Below, one piece after another: positions 20,589 to 30,550 of a DNA stretch of 64,000 nucleotides (the first letter of the stretch is position 1; every line of letters starts with the position of its first letter). Where the stretch lies: IMG/VR virus record IMGVR_UViG_3300029305_003176, one strand, 5' to 3'. A program made the position numbers and the translations under genes. The notes below the pieces were generated by a model. The model saw only the letters and a program-made list of their open reading frames with translations, ran no database searches and was not told the origin of the DNA. This DNA comes from a virus.

Positions 20589-20661
20589 AGCACTTGATGG
20601 GCTTCGAACCCACATAACTCGCTTGGAAGGCGAGAATGTTAACCAATTACATCACAAATGC
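20589..20661 (-). tRNA. tRNA-Gly(TCC)
   Basis: Acceptor GCATTTG/CAAGTGC, anticodon arm CTCGC-CTTCCAA-GCGAG. Confidence 0.9.
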
Positions 20662-20805
20662 ATATATAAAGACAGAGACGCATCCCTGTCTCTAAAAGCA
20701 GCGCCCCGTAGGAACCTCCTGTGCACCGGATAGGTTTCTCACTAAATATCCAGAATGGTAATTACTCCACCCAAATAAACGTAAGCTTAACCAACTGCCA
20801 AACCA

Positions 20806-20877
20806 TAGAAGGTAGGGGAATTGAACCCCTCTTACGAGAATGAAAATCTCGTGTACTAACCACTATACGAACCTCCC
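20806..20877 (-). tRNA. tRNA-Glu(TTC)
   Basis: Acceptor GGGAGGT/ACCTTCT, anticodon arm CGAGA-TTTTCAT-TCTCG. Confidence 0.9.
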
Positions 20878-21196
20878 AAAAATCAAGAGTGGACAAATAA
20901 GACCACTCCTTACAAAGCAAAAGCTTTCAATTAAAGATTCAGAACACCGTGCGCAACGCTGTCCCTATAGAACTAAAAGTTCTCAATGAATACGGGTGAC
21001 GATAAGCTAATCCTGTCCGTGTTTTACCCCGTATTAATGTGTAGTCTCTGCAAAGAAAACACAAATCTAGGACTAAGGTTTTTTCAATAGGGAATTGCAG
21101 TTACCTATTGAAGCTATGTAAGTTGCCCACTTAAGGGTTCTTTTTATACGGCTCGTAAAGAGCAATGTTACAAGGCTCAACCCTTGCTTGCAGTTC

Positions 21197-21580
21197 TTAA
21201 CTGCATTTTTTTAACATTCTACTTAAACGTGCCTTTTCACACATCATTTGCATATGTTCTTTAGAATGTACAATATCAGTATTTTCGTTAAAAACCTGTT
21301 CTGATCTAGTAGCCCATCTCAGGTTAGAAATAGTATTATTATTTTTATTTCTGTCAATATGATCTACAGTAGGCTTGTTTTCTGGATTTTCTATGAAAGT
21401 TTCAGCAATAATCCTATGCAACAATAAAGTTTCCACACGATAACTGTCATTACTCAATTTTACTTGATAATAGCCATCTTTTCTTTTTCTTGGACTTAAA
21501 AATTTATTTGATATATAACTCCAAATTCGCCCATCCTCGGTTGCCGCATAACGACCTTCATATCCTTTAATATCCTTCAT
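21197..21580 (-). CDS. NUMOD4-HNH endonuclease
   Basis: KDIKGYEGRY..GRI (NUMOD4); LHRIIAETF..VDHIDRNKNNN..NLRW. Confidence 0.9.
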   Translation of the reverse strand: MKDIKGYEGRYAATEDGRIWSYISNKFLSPRKRKDGYYQVKLSNDSYRVETLLLHRIIAETFIENPENKPTVDHIDRNKNNNTISNLRWATRSEQVFNENTDIVHSKEHMQMMCEKARLSRMLKKCS

Positions 21581-21966
21581 TTGTTCTCCTTTAAATACAA
21601 TATCATTTATATAGGAGTGTTCCGTAAAACACCCCTATAATTAATTGTAGTCTCAATCCTACATGTAGAAAGTTCCTTTCTATGTTCCCCAGCTTCTCAG
21701 TACCAGGTGGTGGACGCATATGTACGCCACTGAAATTTATTCAGACCGCTATAGAGCAGTAGCGATAGAGTTTTTGATTGGCTTCTCACAAACCAGCTAT
21801 TTTAACACTCAGTTTATTAATCGGATAGAGTTATTAACCGATGCTCTTTGTCTGACTTTAATTAAATTCGGTAGATATTATAAACGCCGAATTATATAAG
21901 AGCCGTCTTTAGCTATGCATAAGACAGATTCCTTTTCTACACATGGTAGATAGGTTATTTACTATT

Positions 21967-22065
21967 GAATGATATTATACATTTCAGTCCCGTCATTCTC
22001 GGAGACTATACATAACTAACTATCGAGTAATATTCTACATTTAAATCCCGTTACTCTCGGAGATT
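21967..22065 (-). ncRNA. Two tandem 41-nt H-type pseudoknot repeats
   Basis: Copies at 22025-22065 and 21967-22007 with three compensatory base-pair changes. Confidence 0.6.
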
Positions 22066-22127
22066 AAATAAACGAAAATGTCATAATGACAAAATCTCAG
22101 CTCAATCCACACAAGGACGGATGAGTA

Positions 22128-22203
22128 TTGCGGAGAGGTGGATTTGAACCACCAACCTTTGCCTTATGAGGGCAACGAGCTAACCGAACTGCTCCATCCC
22201 GCT
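22128..22203 (-). tRNA. tRNA-Met-like (CAT), atypical
   Basis: AGCGGGATGGAGCAGTTCGG.. TTGCC-CTCATAA-GGCAA.. GGTGG-TTCAAAT-CCACC; one extra base in the 3' acceptor strand. Confidence 0.8.
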
Positions 22204-22262
22204 ATAGTTGGGGCACAGGATGTACCCCTTTTATTCAAATATTTAGTTGTATTTAATCTTAA

Positions 22263-22538
22263 TTAAGCGTTAACTGCATCCTTTAAAGCCTTACCTGCCT
22301 TAAACTTTGGTGCCTTAGAAGCTGCGATTACAAGAGTCTCACCTGTCTGTGGATTACGACCTTCTCTTTCGGCCCTTTCTGCTACTGAAAACTTACCAAA
22401 ACCAGCAATGCTAACTTCGTCACCAGCAATTAAAGCTTCTGTGATTGTTTCAATAACTGTGTCTACAACTAATGTAGTATCCTTCTTTGTGTAACCTGTC
22501 TTTTCAGCTACTGCTGAAATTAATTCTGTCTTGTTCAT
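22263..22538 (-). CDS. hup: Histone-like DNA-binding protein HU (YonN-like)
   Basis: MNKTELI..GFGKF..REGRNPQTGE..PKFKAGKALKDAV. Confidence 0.95.
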   Translation of the reverse strand: MNKTELISAVAEKTGYTKKDTTLVVDTVIETITEALIAGDEVSIAGFGKFSVAERAEREGRNPQTGETLVIAASKAPKFKAGKALKDAVNA

Positions 22539-22617
22539 AATTTCTTTTTCTCCTTTTATTCTTTAAATTTATTCTAAACCTCTTATGAGGAATAGTTGCT
22601 TATTTAATTTTGTTTAA

Positions 22618-22959
22618 CTATGCAAAAATATTATTTGCAATTTCACTTCCGAGATCATCTAATAAATCATAAGAAGGTGTATAAGTAACTATTTCATTAC
22701 CTTCTCTATCTGTTCTGACATTCTTTACACCTTTGCATTTTTCGTTCAAACACACCATTGTATTTGAATTACTTATAAATACCATAGACTTTCCGCAAGC
22801 TTTACATTTGTGCTTCGAACAAAAAACACTTTGTTGCTCTGTTAATTTCTTTTCGTCTGAAGTCTTTTTATTTACTGGTCTCAACCCCCATGCACTACGC
22901 ATTTCCTCAAGAGAAGAGTAGTGTTCAGTGGTATTTCTACCTAATCTAAATTCGCTCAT
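22618..22959 (-). CDS. Hypothetical Zn-ribbon protein
   Basis: CKAC..C..C; ATG 22959 after AGGAG. Confidence 0.6.
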   Translation of the reverse strand: MSEFRLGRNTTEHYSSLEEMRSAWGLRPVNKKTSDEKKLTEQQSVFCSKHKCKACGKSMVFISNSNTMVCLNEKCKGVKNVRTDREGNEIVTYTPSYDLLDDLGSEIANNIFA

Positions 22960-23138
22960 TCCGTTTTCTCCTAATCTATAGATTTTTATATATAGACCGT
23001 ATACTAAGCCTACGGTCAAGGCATATGCATTCGAATTCCATACTTATACCCGCAATCGGTAATAGCGGTTGAAGTACTTTAGCAAAACGCCATTTCTCTT
23101 CATAAGTGGGAAATAACTCGAATATAATTTTGCTTAGT

Positions 23139-24061
23139 TTAAAAGGCTTTTTTTGAAATCTCATTTTGCTCGGTGTACATATTTTTCTTTGAAAAACACT
23201 TTAAAACAGCATCAGAATTAACATCATATAATACTTTCAACAAAAGAGATTTATTGGTATTAATAGTGCTTATAATATTCTTATTATTACTTTGAATATT
23301 TGGTGTAACTAAAAAAGCTCTATCAATTAACCAAGACATCATTCCAAGGTAATTTTTTGAAATGTAAATATTACTAATATCATGGATTAACTTATCATAA
23401 TCTGATCTCAATAATAAATAAGATGCTTCATCATCTTCATCAATATTATAATTGTATAAATCTAAAGAATATTTTTGAATCAATTCTTCAACCTTTTTAG
23501 ACTTTCTCCTGTCTTCGACAATAGGGAATTTAACAAAAAAATCGCTCATTGGAAGAGTCCCAACTCTCTGTCTAACATCATTAATTTTTATATCAAAAAT
23601 ATAATTCATAGGGCATTTAAGTTTTTTGTTAATACGACTCTTATTAAAACCTTTTCTTATAATACTCCAAAATGCAGGATAACCATTTTTCTTGATATTC
23701 ATATCTTTCTTTATTCGAGAAATTTCTTCAGTTAAATCTATATCAAACCTACGCTTGGCATTATCTATAGCAACTTGTGCCAAAACACTTAAAATGCACA
23801 CATAATCCTTATATTTCTGATCATCAAAGTTATAAGTATATGTTAAACATATTTGTGCTAAATTACTTGATTCTCCTATAGCTATTTGTGCTGCGGCTAG
23901 ATTATTATCAATCTCTGCATAATTTTCCATTGATAATAAATAATTATTTTTTTCCTTTGGAATGTTATTAACTATAGTAGGATAGTGTAAATAACAATGT
24001 TTTGCATATTGTACAATATCCATCTGATTGGTTACATACAAACTGTCAGAATCTTGATCTG
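23139..24061 (-). CDS. yonO: YonO-like single-subunit RNA polymerase, exon 2
   Basis: Begins (T)CA GAT CAA GAT TCT GAC = S-DQDSD; IGESSNLAQ and QVAIDNAKR motifs. Confidence 0.85.
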
Positions 24062-25243
24062 CATCTGTTATATCCTTGGCTCTTTATCCAAGGCTTCTCC
24101 GATTTTTACCGGAGTATCGGACTATCTCTTTACCCTCGTCTTTACGTTAGGGTATTCAGCACTCGTGGGTGGATTATTGTTTAACCTACTCACCACCTAG
24201 TCTCTAAACCTTACTATCTAATTTTATGGTTTTCAATAGTCTTGGTAATTGATTAACATGTGTGTGTTATTTTTTAATATAGCTAAAAATTAAATTTTTA
24301 TATGGTTTGCCGGTTTCCACTGACTTAATAATATATGGACGCATAGAATCAATTTTACATTTTATTTTATATTCGTTCTGCATCCATTCGGCACAATCCT
24401 TTATACATCCAAAATCTTTTATATAATTTCCGTCTAAATCATACACATAAACTTCCTTAGCTCGTCCGTTTTGAGAACCAGGTCTAGAATAGTATTGAAT
24501 TCTTAATTCCGGATTATCTTTTACTTTGTTATGTAAAGTTTTGTTACCATAATTAGGATTATTTTCTCCATATTGATTTGATAATCTGTTATGAGTTTTT
24601 TCTAACCAATTTTTATATGTTTCATTGGTCATTCTTTCTTTAGGACTTATTCCATACATAGGATTGTTTTTCCCAGAAGAAGATAGGCTTAATTTTTCTT
24701 TTATTTCTTTTGCTTTTTCATCAGAATACGAATCCCATACATTAATACCATACATCGGATTATTTTTACCTAACATATCTACTGAATGTTGTTTACACCA
24801 TTCTTCAGAATGTACCATTCCAAATGAGCCATCTCCACCAAAGGTATGATTGGTTAAATGACCAAGTTCTACTTTTTTATTGTTATAACCTATAATATCA
24901 ATACCATAACCCAATGTAAAAACGTAATATTGAATGAGTTCTCTTTCAAATTGATATGCTTCTTCTTCTGATAAATTATCTTTTATAATTTTAACTTTCA
25001 TTCCACATTTTTCTACAATTCTATTGTGATGTTCATTACGTGAAATGAAATTGGCACGTTTACCCCTACCTTTACCAACATAAAAACAGGTATTATTATC
25101 AAGCCTTATATGTTCATATACATAATAATCATTTTTATTCATGTTTTCACCTCCTTTTTATTTTTATAAACACACATTTAGTCTTCCAATTTTCACTGAA
25201 TAGTTTTTGAACTACATTTCTGTAGAACCGACCCATTTTGTTA
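24062..25243 (-). mobile_element. Group I intron with internal endonuclease ORF
   Basis: 5' splice after U with P1 GGCU/GGUC wobble; R element TTTAGAGACTA; S element AAGAGATAGTCC; terminal G; splicing restores the frame. Confidence 0.9.
24267..25142 (-). CDS. Intron-encoded GIY-YIG-like homing endonuclease with NUMOD3-like repeats
   Basis: YYVYEH..FYVGKG; repeated GKNNPMYG. Confidence 0.85.
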   Translation of the reverse strand: MNKNDYYVYEHIRLDNNTCFYVGKGRGKRANFISRNEHHNRIVEKCGMKVKIIKDNLSEEEAYQFERELIQYYVFTLGYGIDIIGYNNKKVELGHLTNHTFGGDGSFGMVHSEEWCKQHSVDMLGKNNPMYGINVWDSYSDEKAKEIKEKLSLSSSGKNNPMYGISPKERMTNETYKNWLEKTHNRLSNQYGENNPNYGNKTLHNKVKDNPELRIQYYSRPGSQNGRAKEVYVYDLDGNYIKDFGCIKDCAEWMQNEYKIKCKIDSMRPYIIKSVETGKPYKNLIFSYIKK

Positions 25244-26939
25244 AGCCATTATTACGATCCTGAAAATCCGTCCCAATCATATTTACAGCAATAATTTGTT
25301 TTCCAAAATTAAAATATTTATCAAAATATTCATGGTAAACATTGTGTAAATATCCCATATTATTTTTACTATTAAATGGGGAACGAAACTCCGCAAGATA
25401 TTCTCCATCTTCAAATCTTTTTGTCCAGCATTGAATAGTATTTTCTTCTGTTGTAAATGTATTATCATTATTTACATCACAACCAACCGAATGAAGCAAC
25501 ATGGCATATGGAGAACCTATAATAACAAGATTATCTGCATTTTGAATTGTTTTTCCATTTTTAAAATTCAATACATAAGTTTCAATAATTTTTCGTTTTC
25601 TATCTCTAAAATATTCACTTCTTAAAAAATCTCGATTTTGGTCAACCAATGCAATCAATACTTCATAATCATTTGAAAAATTTTTATTATCTCTTAGATA
25701 ATTTAAAAATACATCATCATTCATTTTAAGTTGTTCAATGTAATTCATACTACATTGGACTGTATTCGGCATAATATCCATATCCAAGGCATTAATCATT
25801 TGGTAGCTCATTCTTTGAACTTCTCCAAGTTTGCTCTGATGAGCAGTCTTAACTATGCCAAACATACAATTATTCGCCCTAACCCAATCACTCCAGTATT
25901 CATATGATACATCAAATTTTAACCATTTCATAGCATTGTCGGTAGTAATAAGTCTAATATCCTTTACACGAACATCTCTTCCAAACATATCTTTTACAGT
26001 GGCAGTTTCATATTCATTCCCAAAGTAATCTTGCATAAATAATTGGATATTTGAATGAAATGCGGCCATTTTACATAAATGGTGTCTAAGAAGAATATAA
26101 CCTTCTCCCCATTCCGGAAAGATAGAAGTATCAATTAATGCTTGTCCGTCAAATAAAGTATTCTTTACCTGATAATCACCCATAGGAACCGCTTTACAAT
26201 GTTTGTTCTCATCTGTTTCCACACTAATTACTTTTGTATTAAAGAAAGAATCTACATCTTTTAAAACTAAAATTTGTTCCGGTAATATTTGAACCTTTCC
26301 AACAATAGAAGAAGTAATAAGAGAAGAGTATGCCCCCATTTCTACAATAGGAGAGTTGTCTTCTGATAATTGAATTCCCATATATAAAAAATTACGAGCA
26401 ATATCATATAGCTTCTCATTGATAAACATACAGGAACCTTTCTTTGCCTTTCCAGGCGTTCTATATAACATCTTATAGTGAATTTTCTCTTCTTTAATTA
26501 CTTCGCCTTTTTTATTATAAGTTTGGTAATTTATATCAACTCCTTTAGTGTAAAAGATAGTGCGAATTTCTTGATGAGACATTTTTTGATACTTGTATTC
26601 ATTATATATTGCACGTTCCTTTAAAAATTCAATCTTTTGAACACGGGCTTCTTTATCACTTTTAGACAATATTTCATTGTTTTGAATATCCTTTATAATT
26701 TTATCAAAGTTTTTAATTTCGTCTTCATAAGAACGTGTACCATAATTAAACTCTATACAAATAACATCTCTAGTAGATTCTCCTTTCCAAATGTTAAGTC
26801 CATTTTCTTTGAGAAAATCACTAAACAAACTATTTGTTAGCATAGCATCTGTACTATCAAGCCTGTCTCTAAGTCCCAAATTATATCCATATAAAGAACC
26901 TGCTTCGAAGTTTTTTATCTTAAGTCCATATTCTGACAT
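25244..26939 (-). CDS. yonO: YonO-like single-subunit RNA polymerase, exon 1
   Basis: RTPGKAKKG, FDGQALID, LLRHH..KMA, SYQMIN, FRSPFN, QDRNNG; SPbeta synteny next to HU; spliced product 872 aa. Confidence 0.85.
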
Positions 26940-26980
26940 TTTACCACCTCAATAACACCATATTAATTTTTTGCACTAAT

Positions 26981-27199
26981 TTACCCCTCCTCAAAATAAG
27001 CTGCGCAATCTGTCTCCGTACAGTTGCAACTATTAACTACCAAATCATCGTCCCACTCAAATTTAACTTCTTCATAGTTTGCTGGGATAGGATAGTAACA
27101 TCCGGTTCTGTCTATCATTACCTCTAATAAATCTTCTCCATCGTTAAAATCTTCATTTGCGTCTACTATGTAAGCTTCAATTTTATAAATCTTTGCCAT
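26981..27199 (-). CDS. Hypothetical protein
   Basis: ORF with RBS AAGGAG. Confidence 0.6.
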   Translation of the reverse strand: MAKIYKIEAYIVDANEDFNDGEDLLEVMIDRTGCYYPIPANYEEVKFEWDDDLVVNSCNCTETDCAAYFEEG

Positions 27200-27201
27200 T
27201 T

Positions 27202-27726
27202 TTAATTCTCCTTATTATTTATAATTTCTTCTAATGTTCTTGGGGTAAATCCAATAATATCTACGCCTACATTATAAGCATTCTTCATTTTAGAAGCATA
27301 GCGTGTCGTTTCATTATGAAATGTATTATGTACATGACCATAAAAGTGTAATACATTTCTATAATATCCATTCCATTCAATCATAGGATAGTGACAACAA
27401 ACAATCTGAGTTCCATTATCGTTGACCATTTTCATATCAACAATCTCCACTAAATACTTCTTATAAACAGGATTCTTTAATAACTGTACATCATGATTTC
27501 CAATAATTAAATGTTTACGACCTTTTAATTGTTTTAAATAACTAATAGGGTCTTCACTTTTATATGAAAAGTCACCTAAAATATAAACATCATCATTGTC
27601 TCTTATTCGATTATTCCAATTATTAATAATCGTTTTGTCCATTTCTTCAGTAGATTCAAATGGTCTATTTGATAACTTGCGAATATTATCATGTCCAAAG
27701 TGTGTATCTGCTATATAATAATTAAT
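27202..27726 (-). CDS. Metallophosphoesterase (probable ATT start)
   Basis: ADTHFGH motif lies upstream of the called Met; LGDF, GNHD, HYP, GHVH. Confidence 0.85.
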   Translation of the reverse strand: MNYYIADTHFGHDNIRKLSNRPFESTEEMDKTIINNWNNRIRDNDDVYILGDFSYKSEDPISYLKQLKGRKHLIIGNHDVQLLKNPVYKKYLVEIVDMKMVNDNGTQIVCCHYPMIEWNGYYRNVLHFYGHVHNTFHNETTRYASKMKNAYNVGVDIIGFTPRTLEEIINNKEN

Positions 27727-27728
27727 TC

Positions 27729-28184
27729 TTATTCACCACTTTTCTTCAAAATTTCATTAAGCACTTTATTAGCAATTTTCATATCAACTTTTCCCTTTAG
27801 CTTAGGCATAATAGTTTTCATTATATTGCTCTTACCGTCTTGCTGAATATCTACCGTTGACAATAAATGATAAATCATTTTACAGATTTCATCCTCGTCA
27901 GAAATAATTACCGGAGCAAATTCGTCAATAATAGTAAGCTTGTTTTTATATTCCTGCATTAACTCGTCCCTATTTGTAGGACAGGTATCAATCATTTCTT
28001 GAACGATTTTCTTTTCCTTTAAAATAACTTCATTAACAAGGTCTTCGGTGATATTGTCTTTGCACATCTTATCAATTGCTACTTTCTTTATAGCTCCAAC
28101 AAGAGAAGAGAGAGTATCTTTTCTTGTTTTATCTTTGTTTTTCATAGCCGAAATCATTTCGGTCTGTAATATTTTCAGTGTCAT
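27729..28184 (-). CDS. GatB/YqeY-domain protein
   Basis: MISAMKNKD..IMKTIMPKLKGKVDMK. Confidence 0.85.
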   Translation of the reverse strand: MTLKILQTEMISAMKNKDKTRKDTLSSLVGAIKKVAIDKMCKDNITEDLVNEVILKEKKIVQEMIDTCPTNRDELMQEYKNKLTIIDEFAPVIISDEDEICKMIYHLLSTVDIQQDGKSNIMKTIMPKLKGKVDMKIANKVLNEILKKSGE

Positions 28185-28216
28185 TTTATACCTCGCTTTC
28201 AAATAATTTTAATTAG

Positions 28217-28804
28217 TTAAAATATTTTTTTACCAATCATAGTAGCAATAATATTTCTAATTTCTTTTTCTGCGACAATTTTATTGCATTCTAAATTCTC
28301 AATCACATCAGTATATGCTTGATTTTGTTTTTCTAAATTATTAATCATTTGTTTATATTCATTGATTAATGCAGCATTATCCTTAATAATACCAGAATAA
28401 GTCTCAGTGTCTGTTTGAATAATCTCGTAGACAGAAGAGTAATTTTGTTTTGCTGCTTCTAGTTTTTCCAATAATTTAGATATGTATATTTGGTTAAATT
28501 CGTGACCCAATCCTAAATCAATTGAATATAATGTAACCACATTAGCTTTAGATATATCTACAATAATTATCCAAGTTCCATTTAAGAAAATGTCTACTGG
28601 CTGTTTATTAAATTCTGATACAGATTTTCCTGAATAGAGCAGTGTTCCATACTCAATCATTTTAAAAATATCTTCTTTAATTTTTTGTTCATTTTGAGCA
28701 ACATACACAGCAATATCCGAGGCAGATGTCTTATCCATAATACGAGCAGCGTATCTTTCTTTGCTATGTTGTGAAAATTTAAGTGTGTCTAATGTATAGT
28801 TCAT
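28217..28804 (-). CDS. Hypothetical coiled-coil protein
   Basis: SQHSKERYAARI; promoter TTGACT-17-TATATT upstream. Confidence 0.65.
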   Translation of the reverse strand: MNYTLDTLKFSQHSKERYAARIMDKTSASDIAVYVAQNEQKIKEDIFKMIEYGTLLYSGKSVSEFNKQPVDIFLNGTWIIIVDISKANVVTLYSIDLGLGHEFNQIYISKLLEKLEAAKQNYSSVYEIIQTDTETYSGIIKDNAALINEYKQMINNLEKQNQAYTDVIENLECNKIVAEKEIRNIIATMIGKKIF

Positions 28805-28915
28805 GAAAACTCCTTTTAAATAATTTTGATTAATGACATGTTTAATATAACACATTTTTTAAAAAAGTCAATAGCGAAAAAATAATTTTAATTAGTTGAT
28901 GGAAGATTAATTTTC

Positions 28916-29407
28916 TTACCATACGAAATCTGGGTGTTCTTTCATAAATGGTTCAATAATTTCATCAATAGCTCTTTTAGCTATGTTCTCAGAATAAAAT
29001 ACAGTCATAAGTGGCTGTGAATAATGATAGCCTGACACCTCAAAAGTTTTGTATCTGTTATCATAATAAACATAATATTTTGTTTGTTCCATATCTTCCC
29101 AATCAATTTTATCTCCATCATTCTGCATACTTAATCTCCAGAGAAGACGAGAGAGCGTTTCATAATATGCACGTTGCTGCATGAGTTGTTCGTCCGTGCA
29201 ATAATTAGCAGAAGAATAACATTCTTCAGAAAAAGCAACATCTCTACCATCTTGATGACGAACATTCCCCCAAGCAGTTACACAATAATATTCGCCCCTT
29301 TTTGTATATTCAAAACGATCTTTTCTAGGATTAAAACCTAATTTCTCAATTTGCTCATCGGTTAAATCTACACGTTTACCATTAATCATTAAATAATTTT
29401 CGTTCAT
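28916..29407 (-). CDS. Hypothetical protein
   Basis: ORF with RBS AAGGAG. Confidence 0.65.
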   Translation of the reverse strand: MNENYLMINGKRVDLTDEQIEKLGFNPRKDRFEYTKRGEYYCVTAWGNVRHQDGRDVAFSEECYSSANYCTDEQLMQQRAYYETLSRLLWRLSMQNDGDKIDWEDMEQTKYYVYYDNRYKTFEVSGYHYSQPLMTVFYSENIAKRAIDEIIEPFMKEHPDFVW

Positions 29408-29420
29408 TGTATTTCTCCTT

Positions 29421-30185
29421 TCAACTAATTCTTATAATTTGTTCATATAATCCTATATCTTTATCATTAATAGCTCTGTCTATATGCATATGGCCAAAGA
29501 AATGTTTTTTATATTCTGTTTTACAACGTATGTCTTCAAGGTAATGGGTAAGTATATCTTGTTTATATAACCCCCTACCAAGAAGTGCAGTAACGCTCGC
29601 AGAAGGAGAGTGAGAGAGTATATAGTCTACTTTATAGTTATGTGCTGCTAAATTGTTGAGTCCGGTTTGCATTTCTTCTGCACTAGGAAGCTCTTGTTCC
29701 CACCAGGACAATCCCTTGACACGATACATACATTTACCTTGTATGTTTAAGAATTTTGCTTTTATCGTCCACACCGGGTTCTCATAATCAAGAATACCAT
29801 CTTGAATATCATGTGATGATGCGCCACCAAATGTAAAGAACTTTTTATTTTCAATAGTAAATACTTGTCCTCTCATAAGATGTAATACGTGTGGACGTAT
29901 CTCATGAACAAGACCTCCATGCCATTCTTTTACTGGGTATTGATAAAGTCTATCAAAGTTCTCATGATTGCCATCAATGAATAGGGTAGTAAATGGTTTT
30001 TTCTCTAATACATCTAGCCATGTTTCTTCTTCAGCACTTTCTTCTTTACGATTCCAGATTAGTCCAAAATCGCCTAATATAATAACGAAATTTTCTTCTT
30101 GATTAGTCATTTCTTTTTGTTCATAAAATGATTCTGAGAAAAACCTGCGAGGATTTCCATGGATATCACCTGTTATATAAATCAT
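29421..30185 (-). CDS. Metallophosphoesterase
   Basis: GDIHG, LGDFG, DGNHE, SH, GHMH. Confidence 0.9.
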   Translation of the reverse strand: MIYITGDIHGNPRRFFSESFYEQKEMTNQEENFVIILGDFGLIWNRKEESAEEETWLDVLEKKPFTTLFIDGNHENFDRLYQYPVKEWHGGLVHEIRPHVLHLMRGQVFTIENKKFFTFGGASSHDIQDGILDYENPVWTIKAKFLNIQGKCMYRVKGLSWWEQELPSAEEMQTGLNNLAAHNYKVDYILSHSPSASVTALLGRGLYKQDILTHYLEDIRCKTEYKKHFFGHMHIDRAINDKDIGLYEQIIRIS

Positions 30186-30550
30186 TGTTCTTTCCTTTCT
30201 CTTGCTATATAAGTATCAAAAGCTTCGACAAATGCTTCTTTAGGTATAATACGTTTATGTGTTCCGGTGTACATTTTTTCCCCGTTCTGATCTAACCATT
30301 CCATATTCTCATAAATACCATCTTTCTCTACAGAGTAAGAAATTATTTGTTTTGTAGGTATTCTGACAAAAGAAGATGAGTCTACTCTAGAAATAACTCC
30401 ATACGGATTGTCGCAGGGTATAACTATATCAACTATCTCAAACGAAGTAGTATCTTCGCCATTTGAGATTTTTTCTAAGAATTCATTCGTGTTGTCATTA
30501 ATGTTGTTATCATAACAGTCTATAATCATAATTTCCTCCTTTAATCCCAT
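30182..30550 (-). CDS. Hypothetical protein
   Basis: Overlapping operon ORF. Confidence 0.6.
   Translation of the reverse strand: MGLKEEIMIIDCYDNNINDNTNEFLEKISNGEDTTSFEIVDIVIPCDNPYGVISRVDSSSFVRIPTKQIISYSVEKDGIYENMEWLDQNGEKMYTGTHKRIIPKEAFVEAFDTYIARERKEQ

Noticed and set aside
20342-20733. ORFs 20342-20593 and 20536-20733
   Set aside because: They overlap tRNA-Asp and tRNA-Gly and have no RBS.
20880-21660. Group I intron around the HNH gene (CAGAGACTAC resembles the R element)
   Set aside because: No S element follows it, TAGTCC lies upstream in a local hairpin, and there is no interrupted host gene.
22085-22127. Theta/HDV-like ribozyme at the tRNA 3' end
   Set aside because: I could not build consistent P1/P2/P3 pairings.
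25212-25243. C-terminus LTKWVGSTEM of the 575-aa ORF
   Set aside because: Read-through into intron sequence, not part of the spliced protein.
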